A stretch of DNA of 64,000 nucleotides from Vicinamibacteria bacterium. GTDB taxonomy: Bacteria; Acidobacteriota; Vicinamibacteria; Marinacidobacterales; Marinacidobacteraceae. Where the stretch lies: NCBI GenBank assembly GCA_963555995.3, contig OY821641.1, positions 1,248,001 through 1,312,000 on the forward strand. The letters are read 5' to 3'. Shown here piece by piece: positions 45,933-55,888 of this stretch. The position numbers and the translations under genes are program-made. Positions within the stretch are counted from its first letter, which is position 1; the number at the start of each line of letters is the position of its first letter. The notes beneath the pieces were generated by a model. The model had not been told where the DNA came from, made no database searches, and saw only the letters and a list, made by a program, of their open reading frames with translations.

Positions 45933-46128
45933 CGGACGGGCGTGACCTGGTGGGCCTGCTCTGCTGACCAGATCGGATGTCCATCAGAGTGGAACAACGC
46001 CACGGGTCGTCTCCTGGGCGGACACGGTCACGATCACGGTCCAGGCCAGCACCGATCCGACCGGCTATCCTCACGGAGCCGTCCCTGCGTCGTCCGGGTT
46101 GCCCCGAGACCCGGGGAACGGAACTGCC

Positions 46129-46830
46129 ATGAGGATCTCGCCGGCCGCTCTTCCCGTCGCGCTGGGGGTCCTGCTCGCGGCGTCGCCGGGCGGCTCGGCG
46201 ACGAACGAGGCGTCCGGCCAGCAGCACGGACGACCCGCGCCGACCGCGGGCGGCGGCGAGGAAGCCGCGCCGCAGTACGGTCTGACGGACACCTGCGACG
46301 TCGCGCGCGCCGGCGTCCGCTGGGTCCTGTCCTACGACGCGGCGGCGAACGCCTTTGTCGGGACGGTGGAAAACACCACCCGGCGAACGTTGCGCCGCGT
46401 CCGCACGGAAGTCCGTCTCTCGAACGGCATCGGACTCGACCCCACGACGCTGGAGGGCCTCTTTCCCGGACAGACGGCGGACCTGAGACTGCCTGCCTCA
46501 CCGGAGCCGTTCGAGACCTGGAGCGCCCACCTGGAGGTCGAGGACGGCGCCAAGGAAGAGGACGGGACCGCGCCCGCCGGGGTCGAGGCCGCCGCGCGGC
46601 GACTGCTGGCGGAGGCGACGGCGGGCGCGGAGGAGGATGCGTTCACGCTCGTCAGCGCCGAGAGAGTGGATTGGGGCGACGCCAGCCTGGGCTGCGCGCG
46701 GGAGGGCATGGCGTACGCGGCGGTCGTGACTCCGGGTTACGAGCTGGTCTTCGCGCTGGGAGACGCGTCCTACGCGGTCCACACCAACATGTCCGGCTCC
46801 AGCGTCGTACTCTGCGGCCGGGGCGAATGA
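46129..46830 (+). CDS. Secreted hypothetical protein
   Basis: Signal peptide; C-terminal WGDASLGC...VVTPGY...YAVHT module. Confidence 0.55.
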   Translation: MRISPAALPVALGVLLAASPGGSATNEASGQQHGRPAPTAGGGEEAAPQYGLTDTCDVARAGVRWVLSYDAAANAFVGTVENTTRRTLRRVRTEVRLSNGIGLDPTTLEGLFPGQTADLRLPASPEPFETWSAHLEVEDGAKEEDGTAPAGVEAAARRLLAEATAGAEEDAFTLVSAERVDWGDASLGCAREGMAYAAVVTPGYELVFALGDASYAVHTNMSGSSVVLCGRGE

Positions 46831-46981
46831 GCCCCTCCGCCGCCCGGCGTGCCGCGATGGCGACGCCGATCGGCGACGGTCCGACCCGCGCGAAGCGCAA
46901 CGCGTTCGTGACCCCTGGCCACGGGGCGCGATCCGGGGGATGGGACCCGGTTCCGGCGCGCGGGCGCCGGAGTGCGACGGT

Positions 46982-47851
46982 CTATCCCGGTCCCCGCTCC
47001 ACCGGCCGGGCCGGGTCGCTGGACCACTCGGACCAGGAGCCCGTATAGACGGCCACGTCGCGGACCGCGGCGAGTTCGAGCGCCAGCGCGTTGTGGGCGG
47101 CGGTGAGACCGGAGCCGCAGTAGCAGACGATCCGGCGGCCCTCCCGGGCGGCCGCCAGCGGCTCGAACCGGCGGCGCAGTTCCTCCGGCGCGTGGAAGCG
47201 CCCGTCCGGGGCCACATTCCGCTTCCAGAGGTGGTTCCTCGCCCCCGGGATGCGCCCCGCCACCGGATCAATGGGCTCCTTTTCGCCGCGCCAGCGGACC
47301 GGTTCGCGGGCGTCCAGCAGCAGGTGGGCGCGCTGCGCGAGGCCCGCCTCCACCTCGGCCACGCCGACCGCCATGCCGCCCATGGGGTTGGCGAGGAAGC
47401 GCCGGGCGGGCCGCGTCTCCTCCCCGTGGCGGACGGCGCCCCCCGCTTGGGTCCAGGCGGGGAGCCCTCCGTCGAGGACGGCCACCCGGGCGTGGCCCAG
47501 GTAGCGCAGCATCCACCAGAGCCGCGCCGCGAACATCCCCGAGACGTCGTCGTAGGCGACCACCACGCTCTCGGGGCCGATGCCGAGCCGCCCGAAGACC
47601 TCCGCCATCCGCGCGGCGTCGGGCAGGGGGTGGCGTCCGTTGGTCCCGGTCTTCCCGCCGGAGAGATCGCGGTCGGTGTCGGCGAAGACCGCGCCGGGGA
47701 CATGCCCCTCGAGATAGCGGGCCCGCCCCCAGGCCGGGTCCATGAGGTTGGCCCGCACGTCCACCACGACCAGGGCGGGGTCCCCGGCGTCGAGCCGCTC
47801 GCGGAGCCAGCCGGCGGAGACGATCGGTGGCGGGACGCCGTTCACGGACAA
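46982..47851 (-). CDS. Sulfurtransferase (tandem rhodanese, SseA-like)
   Basis: GHVPGA, GRHPLP, AARLWW, LDGG, YCGSG, YTGSWSEW. Confidence 0.92.
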   Translation of the reverse strand: MSVNGVPPPIVSAGWLRERLDAGDPALVVVDVRANLMDPAWGRARYLEGHVPGAVFADTDRDLSGGKTGTNGRHPLPDAARMAEVFGRLGIGPESVVVAYDDVSGMFAARLWWMLRYLGHARVAVLDGGLPAWTQAGGAVRHGEETRPARRFLANPMGGMAVGVAEVEAGLAQRAHLLLDAREPVRWRGEKEPIDPVAGRIPGARNHLWKRNVAPDGRFHAPEELRRRFEPLAAAREGRRIVCYCGSGLTAAHNALALELAAVRDVAVYTGSWSEWSSDPARPVERGPG

Positions 47852-47866
47852 GAGCCTACCGGCCCG

Positions 47867-49585
47867 TCACCGGCTCGTTGCCGCCGGATGGGTGCGGGCG
47901 CCCGCGACCCAGGTCGCGTGGACTTCCAGGTCGAGGATCGAGCGGTCGGGTGGATGCGGGACCGGGCCGCTCAGGATCACGAAATCAGCCCACTTGCCGA
48001 CCTCGATCGAGCCGATCTCGTCGTCCCAGCCGGCCGCCGCCGCCGGCGCCAGGGTATAGGCGGCGAGCGCCTCTTCCCAGGTCACCCGCTGCTCCGGATG
48101 CCAGCCTCCCGGAGGTCCGCCGGAGGGTTTCTCGCGAACCGTCGCCGCGTAGAGCTGGCGGAGGGGATCGAGCGGCGCGGTCGCCCAGTCGCTCCCGAAG
48201 ACGAGGGTGGCGCCGGCGTCGCGGGCCGCGCCCCAGGCGAAGGACCAGGCGGCCCGGGCTTCTCCCAGACGGTCGGTGTTGTAGATGTCGATCCCCGTGA
48301 TGCAGTGGTGTGGATTGAAGGACGCGAGTACCCCGAGTTCCGTGAATCGCGGGGCGTCGTCCGGGTCCAGCACCTCGATGTGCTCGATGCGGTCCGGGAG
48401 TTCCGGAGACGGCCCGCGCTCCGCGGCGGTCTTGAAGGCGTCGAGGGAGCCGCGCACCGCGCGGTCCCCGATCGCGTGGATCGCCACCGGGAAACCCGAA
48501 GCGTGGAGCCGCGCCACGGCGTCGGTGAGGTCCTCGACCTCCGTCACCAGGAAACCAGACTCCTCCGGCGCGTCGGCGTAGGGGGCGAGGAGCGCGGCGG
48601 TGCGGGCGGAGAGCACCCCGTCCGCCATCAGCTTCGCGTATCCCACCTCGAAGGTCGGTCCGCGCTCCGCGGTGACCGGGGCCAGGGTTTCACGCGCCTC
48701 GTCCTTCGCCGCCGCCAGTTCCTCCACGCGGTCGGCCGCGCCGGTGGCGCCGTACCAGACCCGGAGGGGGAGTTCGCCGGCAGCGGCGAACGCAACGTAG
48801 CGGGGGATCTGCCGGAGCCCGGCCATGTTGTGGACCCCGGTCAGGCCGAGCCGGGCCGCCGCCGCAAAGGTCTGGCGCATGGCGTCCCGTTCGTCTTCCG
48901 CGCTGAGCGGCGGGACGTGGTCCCGCACCAGCGCGCCTGCCGTTTCGAGGAGGACGCCGGTGGGGTCGCCCGAGGCATAGCGAACGATCCGGCCGCCGGG
49001 CGGATCGGGAGTCGCGGCGTCCACCCCGGCGATCTCGAGCGCCAGGCTGTTGACCCAGGTGGTATGGCCGTCAATGTCGGAGAGGGCCACGGGGTTCTCG
49101 GGGGTTATCGGATCGAGATCCTCCACCGACGGGAACGCGCCTCCGGACAGGGTGTGGTCCCACCGGCCGCCCACGATCCAGGCGCCGGGGCCGAGTTCGG
49201 CCGCGCGCGTGGCGATCCGGCGGCTCCATTCCCCGCGGTCGGCAATCCCCGTGAGGTCCACTCCCCGGACCAGGGAGAGTCCCGACTCCAGGTGGACGTG
49301 TCCGTCCATCAACCCCGGAAGGACCGCCTGGCCGTCGAGTTCGATCACTTCCGTCGTTTCGCCGACCCAGCGCTCCGTCTGGCGCGCGTCTCCCACGAAG
49401 ACGAACCGCCCGTCCCGCACCGCCAGGGCCCCCGCGGTCGGGTTCCGGGCGTCCGAGGTGTGGATCACGCCGCCCCGCACGACCAAGTCCGCCGGCCCCC
49501 CTTCGGGCGCCCCCCGGCAGCCGGCGGCGACGAGAAGTACGCCGATGGCGACGGTCCGGTGCAGGGTGCCGCGCGCTGGTTCCAT
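47867..49585 (-). CDS. Amidohydrolase family protein (YtcJ-like)
   Basis: PGLMDGHVH, DGHTTWVNS, HAIGDRA, RIEH, FGSDW, GKWADFVIL. Confidence 0.9.
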   Translation of the reverse strand: MEPARGTLHRTVAIGVLLVAAGCRGAPEGGPADLVVRGGVIHTSDARNPTAGALAVRDGRFVFVGDARQTERWVGETTEVIELDGQAVLPGLMDGHVHLESGLSLVRGVDLTGIADRGEWSRRIATRAAELGPGAWIVGGRWDHTLSGGAFPSVEDLDPITPENPVALSDIDGHTTWVNSLALEIAGVDAATPDPPGGRIVRYASGDPTGVLLETAGALVRDHVPPLSAEDERDAMRQTFAAAARLGLTGVHNMAGLRQIPRYVAFAAAGELPLRVWYGATGAADRVEELAAAKDEARETLAPVTAERGPTFEVGYAKLMADGVLSARTAALLAPYADAPEESGFLVTEVEDLTDAVARLHASGFPVAIHAIGDRAVRGSLDAFKTAAERGPSPELPDRIEHIEVLDPDDAPRFTELGVLASFNPHHCITGIDIYNTDRLGEARAAWSFAWGAARDAGATLVFGSDWATAPLDPLRQLYAATVREKPSGGPPGGWHPEQRVTWEEALAAYTLAPAAAAGWDDEIGSIEVGKWADFVILSGPVPHPPDRSILDLEVHATWVAGARTHPAATSR

Positions 49586-49646
49586 GGCCCTATTCTCGCC
49601 CCCGAACGTTCCCGGGGGCATCGCGCTTTCCGCGCCCGGCCGGCGA

Positions 49647-50306
49647 TCAGACCCCGGCGCCCAGCGAGCGCCGCAGCTCGGGGGAGTTGGCGATCAGTTC
49701 GCCGAGCTCGGTCATGGAGTTCTCGATCGCGACCTCGATCGCCGCTCCGAGCGCCGCCGCGCCGGTGTCGCAGGTGAAGCCCCGCAGCGTCTGCACGCCG
49801 TTGCCGAACACCGTGTCGCGGACCTGCAGCCCCTCGTGGGTGAACGCGGAGACGGAGACGATCAGTTCGGCGCCGGCCTCGAAGTCGAGCATGCCGCCGC
49901 TGCTGAGGCCGACGTTGAAGGTGTCCACCCGCACCACGATGACGGAGTCGAGACCGCGCGCTTCCATCGCCGCCCGGTCGAGCGGCGCGGCGGTGGGCTC
50001 CACCTGGCGCACCAGCCGCTCCATGGTGCCGATGACCGAAATCTTGAAGGGTTCGCGGGCGTCCACCGGATAGCGGGAACCGCCGCAGTGTTCGTCGCCG
50101 GACGGATCGGGCATCAGGGGGACGTCGCGAAAGAGCTGGTCGGCGTCCACGAAGACCGCGGCGGCCGCCGGCAGCGGAGCGTCGAACGCGAACGCCTCGT
50201 AGGAGGGCGCCGGCCGCACCACCACCGCGTGCGAGCAGGCTGTCGAACCAAGCAGCAAAACGCCGCCCAGCAGGGCGGCGCGGCCGCCGGCACCGAGAGT
50301 TGTCAC
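49647..50306 (-). CDS. Hypothetical lipoprotein
   Basis: Lipobox-like STAC after a hydrophobic stretch; directly downstream of ddl. Confidence 0.6.
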   Translation of the reverse strand: MTTLGAGGRAALLGGVLLLGSTACSHAVVVRPAPSYEAFAFDAPLPAAAAVFVDADQLFRDVPLMPDPSGDEHCGGSRYPVDAREPFKISVIGTMERLVRQVEPTAAPLDRAAMEARGLDSVIVVRVDTFNVGLSSGGMLDFEAGAELIVSVSAFTHEGLQVRDTVFGNGVQTLRGFTCDTGAAALGAAIEVAIENSMTELGELIANSPELRRSLGAGV

Positions 50307-50307
50307 T

Positions 50308-51369
50308 TCAGCTCCTCCTCGTGGCGGCGAGTCGGGCGATCCGGTCGCAGAGCGCCGGAAAGCTGATCCCCATCACCGCCGCCGACTGCGGCAGCAGGCT
50401 GCGCGTCGTCATGCCGGGAAGGGTATTGGCCTCCAGCACGAAGGGATCGCCGTTCGCGTCGAGGCGGAAGTCCACCCGGGAAAAATCCCTCAGACCGAGC
50501 GCCCGGTGGGTCTCCACGGTGAGGTCGCGCAGTTCCCGCGCCAGCGACTCGGGGATGTCCGCGGGGAAGATCTCTTCGGCGATCCCCGGGGTGTACTTGG
50601 CGTGGTAGTCGAAGAGCCCCGACCCCGTCACGATCTCGCCCACGCCGAGCGGTTCGAGACCGGCGCCGCCGGACGCGCCGACCACCCCGACGGTGAACTC
50701 GCGTCCGGGAAGCATTTCCTCCACGAGCACGCAACGGTCATGCGTCCGGGCCTCGGCGACGGCGGAGCGCACGTCGTCGAAGCCGTCCGCGGTCCGCAGC
50801 CCCACCGAGGAACCCACCCGCGACGGCTTGACGACCACCGGGGCGCCGAGCGCCTCGATCTCGTCCCGCCGGTCCTCCGGGGTCTCGGACTCCATCATCG
50901 CGAAGCGGGGGGTGGGAATCCCGGCGCCCTGCAGGACGCGCTTGGCCGAAGCCTTCTCCATGGCGAGGGCGCTCGCCAGCACGCCGCTGCCGGTGTAGGG
51001 CAGTCCGCCGAGTTCGAGGACGGCCTGGAGCAGACCGCCCTCGCCGTCGAGCCCGTGGAGCACCAGGAAGGCGAGATCGGCCCCGCTGACCGCCTTCAGG
51101 CGCAGGAGTCCCGGCACGTCCTCGCGGTCGCGCGCCAGGGCCAGTTCCTGATCCGCCGGCGGTTTGCGGCCCACCCGGAGCGCGAGGAACTGGCCTTCCT
51201 GCTCGGGCCCCAGGGCGCCGTGCACGGTATCCACCGCGGTGACTTCGTGCCCCGCCACCCGGAGGGCACGCAGCACCTCGCCGGCGCCGGCCAGCGCCAC
51301 GTCGCGCTCCGGAGTGGAGCCGCCGGTGATCAGCGCGATGCGCAGATGCCCGCCCGATCCGTCGCTCAC
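50308..51369 (-). CDS. ddl: D-alanine--D-alanine ligase
   Basis: GGSTPERDVAL, LHGLDGEGG, PYTGSG, KPSRVGSSVG, DYHAKY, RVDF, EANTLPGMT. Confidence 0.93.
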   Translation of the reverse strand: MSDGSGGHLRIALITGGSTPERDVALAGAGEVLRALRVAGHEVTAVDTVHGALGPEQEGQFLALRVGRKPPADQELALARDREDVPGLLRLKAVSGADLAFLVLHGLDGEGGLLQAVLELGGLPYTGSGVLASALAMEKASAKRVLQGAGIPTPRFAMMESETPEDRRDEIEALGAPVVVKPSRVGSSVGLRTADGFDDVRSAVAEARTHDRCVLVEEMLPGREFTVGVVGASGGAGLEPLGVGEIVTGSGLFDYHAKYTPGIAEEIFPADIPESLARELRDLTVETHRALGLRDFSRVDFRLDANGDPFVLEANTLPGMTTRSLLPQSAAVMGISFPALCDRIARLAATRRS

Positions 51370-52799
51370 AGCGTCATCGCGAGCCGCACGGGCTCCGGTA
51401 CCGGCTCCGGCCGGGAGAAGAGACCGGCGGCGAGCAGCACGAGAAAGCCCGCCGCCATGGCGAGCAGCGCGGACGGGACCGGAAGCCCCGGCAGCAGGCT
51501 CTCCATCGCGATCAGCGACCCGAGGCCCGCGGCCATGGAGAGGGTCGCGGCCCGCGCGGTGATCCGCTCCCAGCCCAGCCCGAGCAGGAGCGTGGGTGCG
51601 AGCGCCGCCGCGAACGCGCCGAACCCGAGCGTCCCGAGCCGCGCGATGAGGTCCCCTTCCGCGAGGTGCCAGGCGGCGATCCCCAGCGCCGCCAGCCCGA
51701 CGGCCAGGGCCGCGAGCCGGGCGGCGGCCAGGCTCGGGAACGCCTTCCGGTCGAGCGCCCGCGGCAGGTCCCGGCAGAGGGCGGCCGCCCCCAGGTTCAG
51801 GAAGGCGTCGCTCGTGGACATGATGGCGGCGAGCACGGCGGCGGCGACGAGCCCGGCCAGGAGTTCGGGAGTTCCGGGCAGGCCGAGGACCGCGAGCGCC
51901 GCTTCGTCGGGGTGTGTCGAAGCGCTGTCGAGCAGCAGCAGGGCGCCGGTCCCGAGGCCGATCCAGACCAGGATGCTGAGCCCCTGGGCGCCGCCGATCA
52001 CCGCCGGCAGATAGCGGAGCGCCTCCGGGCTCTTCAGCATCAGGAACTTGTGGAGCATATGGGGTTGCCCGAGGGTGCCGATCGAGAAGAGCAGCAGGAA
52101 ACCGAGCCCGGTCGCAGGGTCCAGCACCCCCAGCGGTTCGAGGAATCCGGGGGCGCCGAGTCCCCCGGCGGCGGCGCTCCCGGCGATGCCGACCGGCCCC
52201 CCGACCTGGGTCATGACCCAGACGAAGGCCGCCACCGCGGCGGCCACCATCACGATCCCCTGGAGCACGTCGGTGTTCACCGAGGCCACCATCCCGCCGG
52301 CGAGCGAATAGGCGAGCACCACCGCCAGCCCGAGTGCGAGACAGGTCATCAGGCTCACGTCGGGGAAGGCGAAGCGGGCGGCCCGGGCGAGCGCCGCGAG
52401 CTGGACGCCCAGATAGATGACGCTCCCGGCCAGGATGGCGACCGCCGCCAGAGCGGCCGGCGCCCGGCCGCCGAAGCGGAAGGCGATGGATTCCGGCAGG
52501 GTCTGGGCGCCGCTCGCCTCGGCGATCAGCACCAGCCGCCGGCCCACGGTGCGGCAGAGGAGCGCCGCGGTGAAACCGGCGGGGACCACGATGAACAGCG
52601 AACCGAAGCCGACCTCGGCGGTCAGCCCCGGCCCGCCGAGGAACACGAAACCGCTGAAGGCGGAGGCGGCGACCGCGAGCCCGGCGCGGAAAGCGCCGAG
52701 TCGGCGCCCCGCGACGAAGAAGTCCGACGAATCCCGGGTCTTCCGGACCGCGGCGATCCCGATCGCCAGGGTCAGGAGGAGCAGGAGCCCTGGGATCAA
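51366..52799 (-). CDS. Sodium:solute symporter family protein
   Basis: DFFVAGRRLG, ASAFSG, GGMVASVNTDVLQG, GQPH, AAIMST; TTG start overlapping the upstream stop. Confidence 0.88.
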   Translation of the reverse strand: MIPGLLLLLTLAIGIAAVRKTRDSSDFFVAGRRLGAFRAGLAVAASAFSGFVFLGGPGLTAEVGFGSLFIVVPAGFTAALLCRTVGRRLVLIAEASGAQTLPESIAFRFGGRAPAALAAVAILAGSVIYLGVQLAALARAARFAFPDVSLMTCLALGLAVVLAYSLAGGMVASVNTDVLQGIVMVAAAVAAFVWVMTQVGGPVGIAGSAAAGGLGAPGFLEPLGVLDPATGLGFLLLFSIGTLGQPHMLHKFLMLKSPEALRYLPAVIGGAQGLSILVWIGLGTGALLLLDSASTHPDEAALAVLGLPGTPELLAGLVAAAVLAAIMSTSDAFLNLGAAALCRDLPRALDRKAFPSLAAARLAALAVGLAALGIAAWHLAEGDLIARLGTLGFGAFAAALAPTLLLGLGWERITARAATLSMAAGLGSLIAMESLLPGLPVPSALLAMAAGFLVLLAAGLFSRPEPVPEPVRLAMTL

Positions 52800-53224
52800 G
52801 GGCCTTCCTGCGACTGGGCGCGGAGCCGTTCCAGCTCCGCCGCGGTCGGCGGGGTGAACGAGACCGCGAAGCCGAGGCTCGTTATCACCAGGGGAATCAG
52901 CCAGACCCCGAGCAGAAGTCCCCACAGCGACCGGGGCAGGCCGAAAATGCCCGGGCCGTCCGCGAGGCCCGCGGCCAGCAGCGTCCCGGCGGTGAGCGAC
53001 AGCCCGAATCCGACCGTGAGCGCCCGATGGAGAAGGTGTCGCCGCTTCGCCGTACCGGGTTTCGGGCGGCCGGCGGCGCCGACGCTCCATGCCGCCACGA
53101 CCGCGGCGCTCACTGCGGCGGCAGCAAGGGCGCCGGAGGGTTCGCCGGGGACAAGGAGCGCCACCGCGGCGACGACCATGAGGAAGGCCGCGAGAACTCG
53201 GGAGATCCGGTTCACCGTTAGCAT
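52796..53224 (-). CDS. Small membrane protein upstream of the symporter
   Basis: MLTVNRISRVLAAFLMVV..., several hydrophobic helices, IFGLP; coupled to the symporter gene. Confidence 0.55.
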   Translation of the reverse strand: MLTVNRISRVLAAFLMVVAAVALLVPGEPSGALAAAAVSAAVVAAWSVGAAGRPKPGTAKRRHLLHRALTVGFGLSLTAGTLLAAGLADGPGIFGLPRSLWGLLLGVWLIPLVITSLGFAVSFTPPTAAELERLRAQSQEGP

Positions 53225-53242
53225 TGCCCGCGCAGGCAGGTC

Positions 53243-54070
53243 TTGTTGATGGTAGCCCGATTCCTCTTTGTTGCCGTTGTGGTGGCGGCCTCGGTCGCCG
53301 TGTCGTGCGAGGCTCCCTCCGACCCGCCGTCCCCGCCCGGTCCCGAGGCCGTCGCCGGCTGGACGATGGTGGACCTGAGTCACGAATACGGCGAGAACAC
53401 GCTCTACTGGCCCACCGACCAGAAGGGGTTTCAACTCGACACGCTGGCGGAGGGAATGACCCCGGCGGGGTTCTTCTACGCCATGAAGGAGTTCGCCACC
53501 GCCGAGCACGGCGGAACGCATCTCGACGCGCCGTACCACTTCTACGAGGGGGCCGCTCTCGTCGGCGAGATTCCGCTCCGCCGGCTGATCGCTCCCGGCG
53601 TGGTGGTGGACGTGAGCGCGCAGGCGGAGGCGGACGCGGACTACCGGGCGAGTGCGGCAGACGTCCGGAACTGGGAGGCGGAACACGGGGTCATCCCGCC
53701 GGGCGCGGCCGTCCTCTTCCGGACCGGTTGGGCTGCGCGTTGGCCGGATGCGCTGTCCTATCTCGGTGACGACGAGCCGGGGAGCGCCGACAACCTGCAC
53801 TTCCCGGGACTGGCGGAGGATGCGATGCGGCTCCTGGTCGAGCGGGACGTGGGGCTTGTGGGCATTGACACTGCGAGCGTGGACTACGGCCCTTCCACCG
53901 ACTTCATCGTGCACCAGGTCGGAGGCGAGGCCGGGATTCCCAACCTGGAGAACGTCGGGGACCTCTCCGACGTGCCGGCGACCGGGTTCCTGCTGATCGC
54001 GCTGCCCATGAAGATCGAGGCCGGCACCGGAGCCCCGGTACGGATCGTCGCGCTCATTCCGCCCGGCTGA
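53243..54070 (+). CDS. Cyclase (kynurenine formamidase-like) family protein
   Basis: EHGGTHLDAPYHF, RTGW, GIDTASVD, LEN, LPMKIEAGTGAPVR. Confidence 0.9.
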   Translation: MLMVARFLFVAVVVAASVAVSCEAPSDPPSPPGPEAVAGWTMVDLSHEYGENTLYWPTDQKGFQLDTLAEGMTPAGFFYAMKEFATAEHGGTHLDAPYHFYEGAALVGEIPLRRLIAPGVVVDVSAQAEADADYRASAADVRNWEAEHGVIPPGAAVLFRTGWAARWPDALSYLGDDEPGSADNLHFPGLAEDAMRLLVERDVGLVGIDTASVDYGPSTDFIVHQVGGEAGIPNLENVGDLSDVPATGFLLIALPMKIEAGTGAPVRIVALIPPG

Positions 54071-54155
54071 TCCGCGAAATCCCCATGCGCCCCTCCCGCG
54101 GTCCGACCGGCTGTACGGACGGCGGTAGCTGACCACCCCGCCTCCGGACGTCTCC

Positions 54156-55553
54156 ATGCCCCTGGGATCGAGGACGCGGCGCGTGCTCGCGCTCGTCGTG
54201 GAATCGCTGCGGGGTTCGGACCGCGACCTGACCTCGGGACCACTCACCCCGGCGGTGTTCGTGCTGGCGGTGCCGATGGCGCTGGAGATGGTCGGCGAGT
54301 CCATCTTCGCGGTGGTGGACGCCTTCTTCATCGCCCGGCTCGGGCCGTCGGCGCTCGCCTCCGCGGGGATCACGGAGACCGCGCTCGACCTGGTGTACGC
54401 CATCGCCATCGGCTTCTCGTTCGCGGTGACCGCGGTGGTGTCGCGCCGCGTCGGGGAGGGCGACCGCCGCGCGGCGGCGCGGACCGGCGTGCAGGCGATC
54501 GGACTCGGGCTCGTGGTGTCGGTCGCGCTCGGAGTGCTCGGGGTGATCTTCGCGCCCCGGGTGCTGGGCCTCATGGGGGCCGACGCCGAGACGGTGGCGG
54601 TCGGCACCACCCACGCCCGGATCATGTACGCCGGGATGGCCACGATCATCCTGCTGTTCCTGAACAACGCGATCCTGCGCGGCGCGGGCGACGCCCAGGC
54701 GGCGATGCGGGTGCTGTGGCTCTCGAACGGGATCAACATCGTGCTGGACCCCTGCCTGATCTTCGGGCTGGGGCCGTTCCCCGAGTTGGGCCTGCCGGGC
54801 GCGGCGGTCGCCACCACCATCGGCCGGGGGACCGGCGTCCTCTACCAGTTCTGGATCCTCACCCACGGGGCGCGGCTCCGCATCCGGCGCGCGGACATCC
54901 GGACCCAGTGGGGGGTGCTGAAGAACCTCTGCCGGGTGTCGGTGGGCGGGATCGCGCAGATGCTCGCCGACATGCTGCCCTGGATCCTGCTGATCCGCAT
55001 CATCGCGAGCTTCGGCACCCTCGCGGTCGCCGGCTGGGTGATCGCCATCCGGGTGGCGCTCTTCGTCATCCTCCCGTGCTGGGGGCTCTCGAACGCCGCC
55101 TCGACGCTCGTGGGCCAGAACCTCGGGGCCGGAAAGCCCGAGCGGGCCGAGCGGGCGGTGTGGATCACCAGCGTCTGGAACATGGGCTTCATGGGCCTCG
55201 TCACCGGCGCGTTCGTGTTCTTCGCCCCGGAGATCGCCGGAATCTTCACCGACGATGCGGAGGTGCTCGGGATCGCCGCCACCGCCCTCCGGGTGGTCAG
55301 CTACGGCTACGTCTTCTACGCCCTGGGGATGGTCACCCGGCAGGCGTTCAACGGGGCGGGGGACACCCGCACCCCCACCTGGATTGACCTCGTCTGCTTC
55401 TGGCTCTTCGAGATCCCGCTCGCCTGGATGCTCTCCCGCACCGCCCTCGGCGTGGACGGGGTGTTCTGGGCGGTGGCCGTCGCCTACTCGCTGTCGGCGG
55501 TGGTCAGCACGCTCGTCTTCCGCCGGGGCGGCTGGAAGAAGATGAGGGTCTGA
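54156..55553 (+). CDS. MATE family efflux transporter
   Basis: LAVPMALEM, RGAGD, NIVLDP, GAAVAT, GQNLGA, FNGAGDTRTP. Confidence 0.93.
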   Translation: MPLGSRTRRVLALVVESLRGSDRDLTSGPLTPAVFVLAVPMALEMVGESIFAVVDAFFIARLGPSALASAGITETALDLVYAIAIGFSFAVTAVVSRRVGEGDRRAAARTGVQAIGLGLVVSVALGVLGVIFAPRVLGLMGADAETVAVGTTHARIMYAGMATIILLFLNNAILRGAGDAQAAMRVLWLSNGINIVLDPCLIFGLGPFPELGLPGAAVATTIGRGTGVLYQFWILTHGARLRIRRADIRTQWGVLKNLCRVSVGGIAQMLADMLPWILLIRIIASFGTLAVAGWVIAIRVALFVILPCWGLSNAASTLVGQNLGAGKPERAERAVWITSVWNMGFMGLVTGAFVFFAPEIAGIFTDDAEVLGIAATALRVVSYGYVFYALGMVTRQAFNGAGDTRTPTWIDLVCFWLFEIPLAWMLSRTALGVDGVFWAVAVAYSLSAVVSTLVFRRGGWKKMRV

Positions 55554-55670
55554 GGCGGCTGCCGGGCGGGAATCCCGCCCCGGAAGCCGGTTCCGAAGTT
55601 CCCTTTGCTGGAGAGAACTGCCGCCGTCTGGGCAAGGGCGACGGAGTCGGAAACAGGTTCTTGCAGCGGA

Positions 55671-55836
55671 AACGAATTGCTATTGGATGACGAGAGGCAA
55701 ATGGAATCGAAATTCCATTCAAGAAATCGTTTTTGGATGAAACCGGGTTTTTTCGTCAAGAACTAATTGCTATTGGACAAAAAGAGGCTAATCTAATCGG
55801 GATTTCATCCGGGAAATCGTTTTTCCACGAAACCGG
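55671..55836. repeat. Diverged AT-rich tandem duplication, 90-bp period
   Basis: AATTGCTATTGGA...GAGGC...GAAATCGTTTTT...GAAACCGG present twice (units start at 55671 and 55761). Confidence 0.75.
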
Positions 55837-55888
55837 AGATCCTCCGGTGAATGCAACCGACTCGGTTACTCCCCGGATCGAGCCTTCC

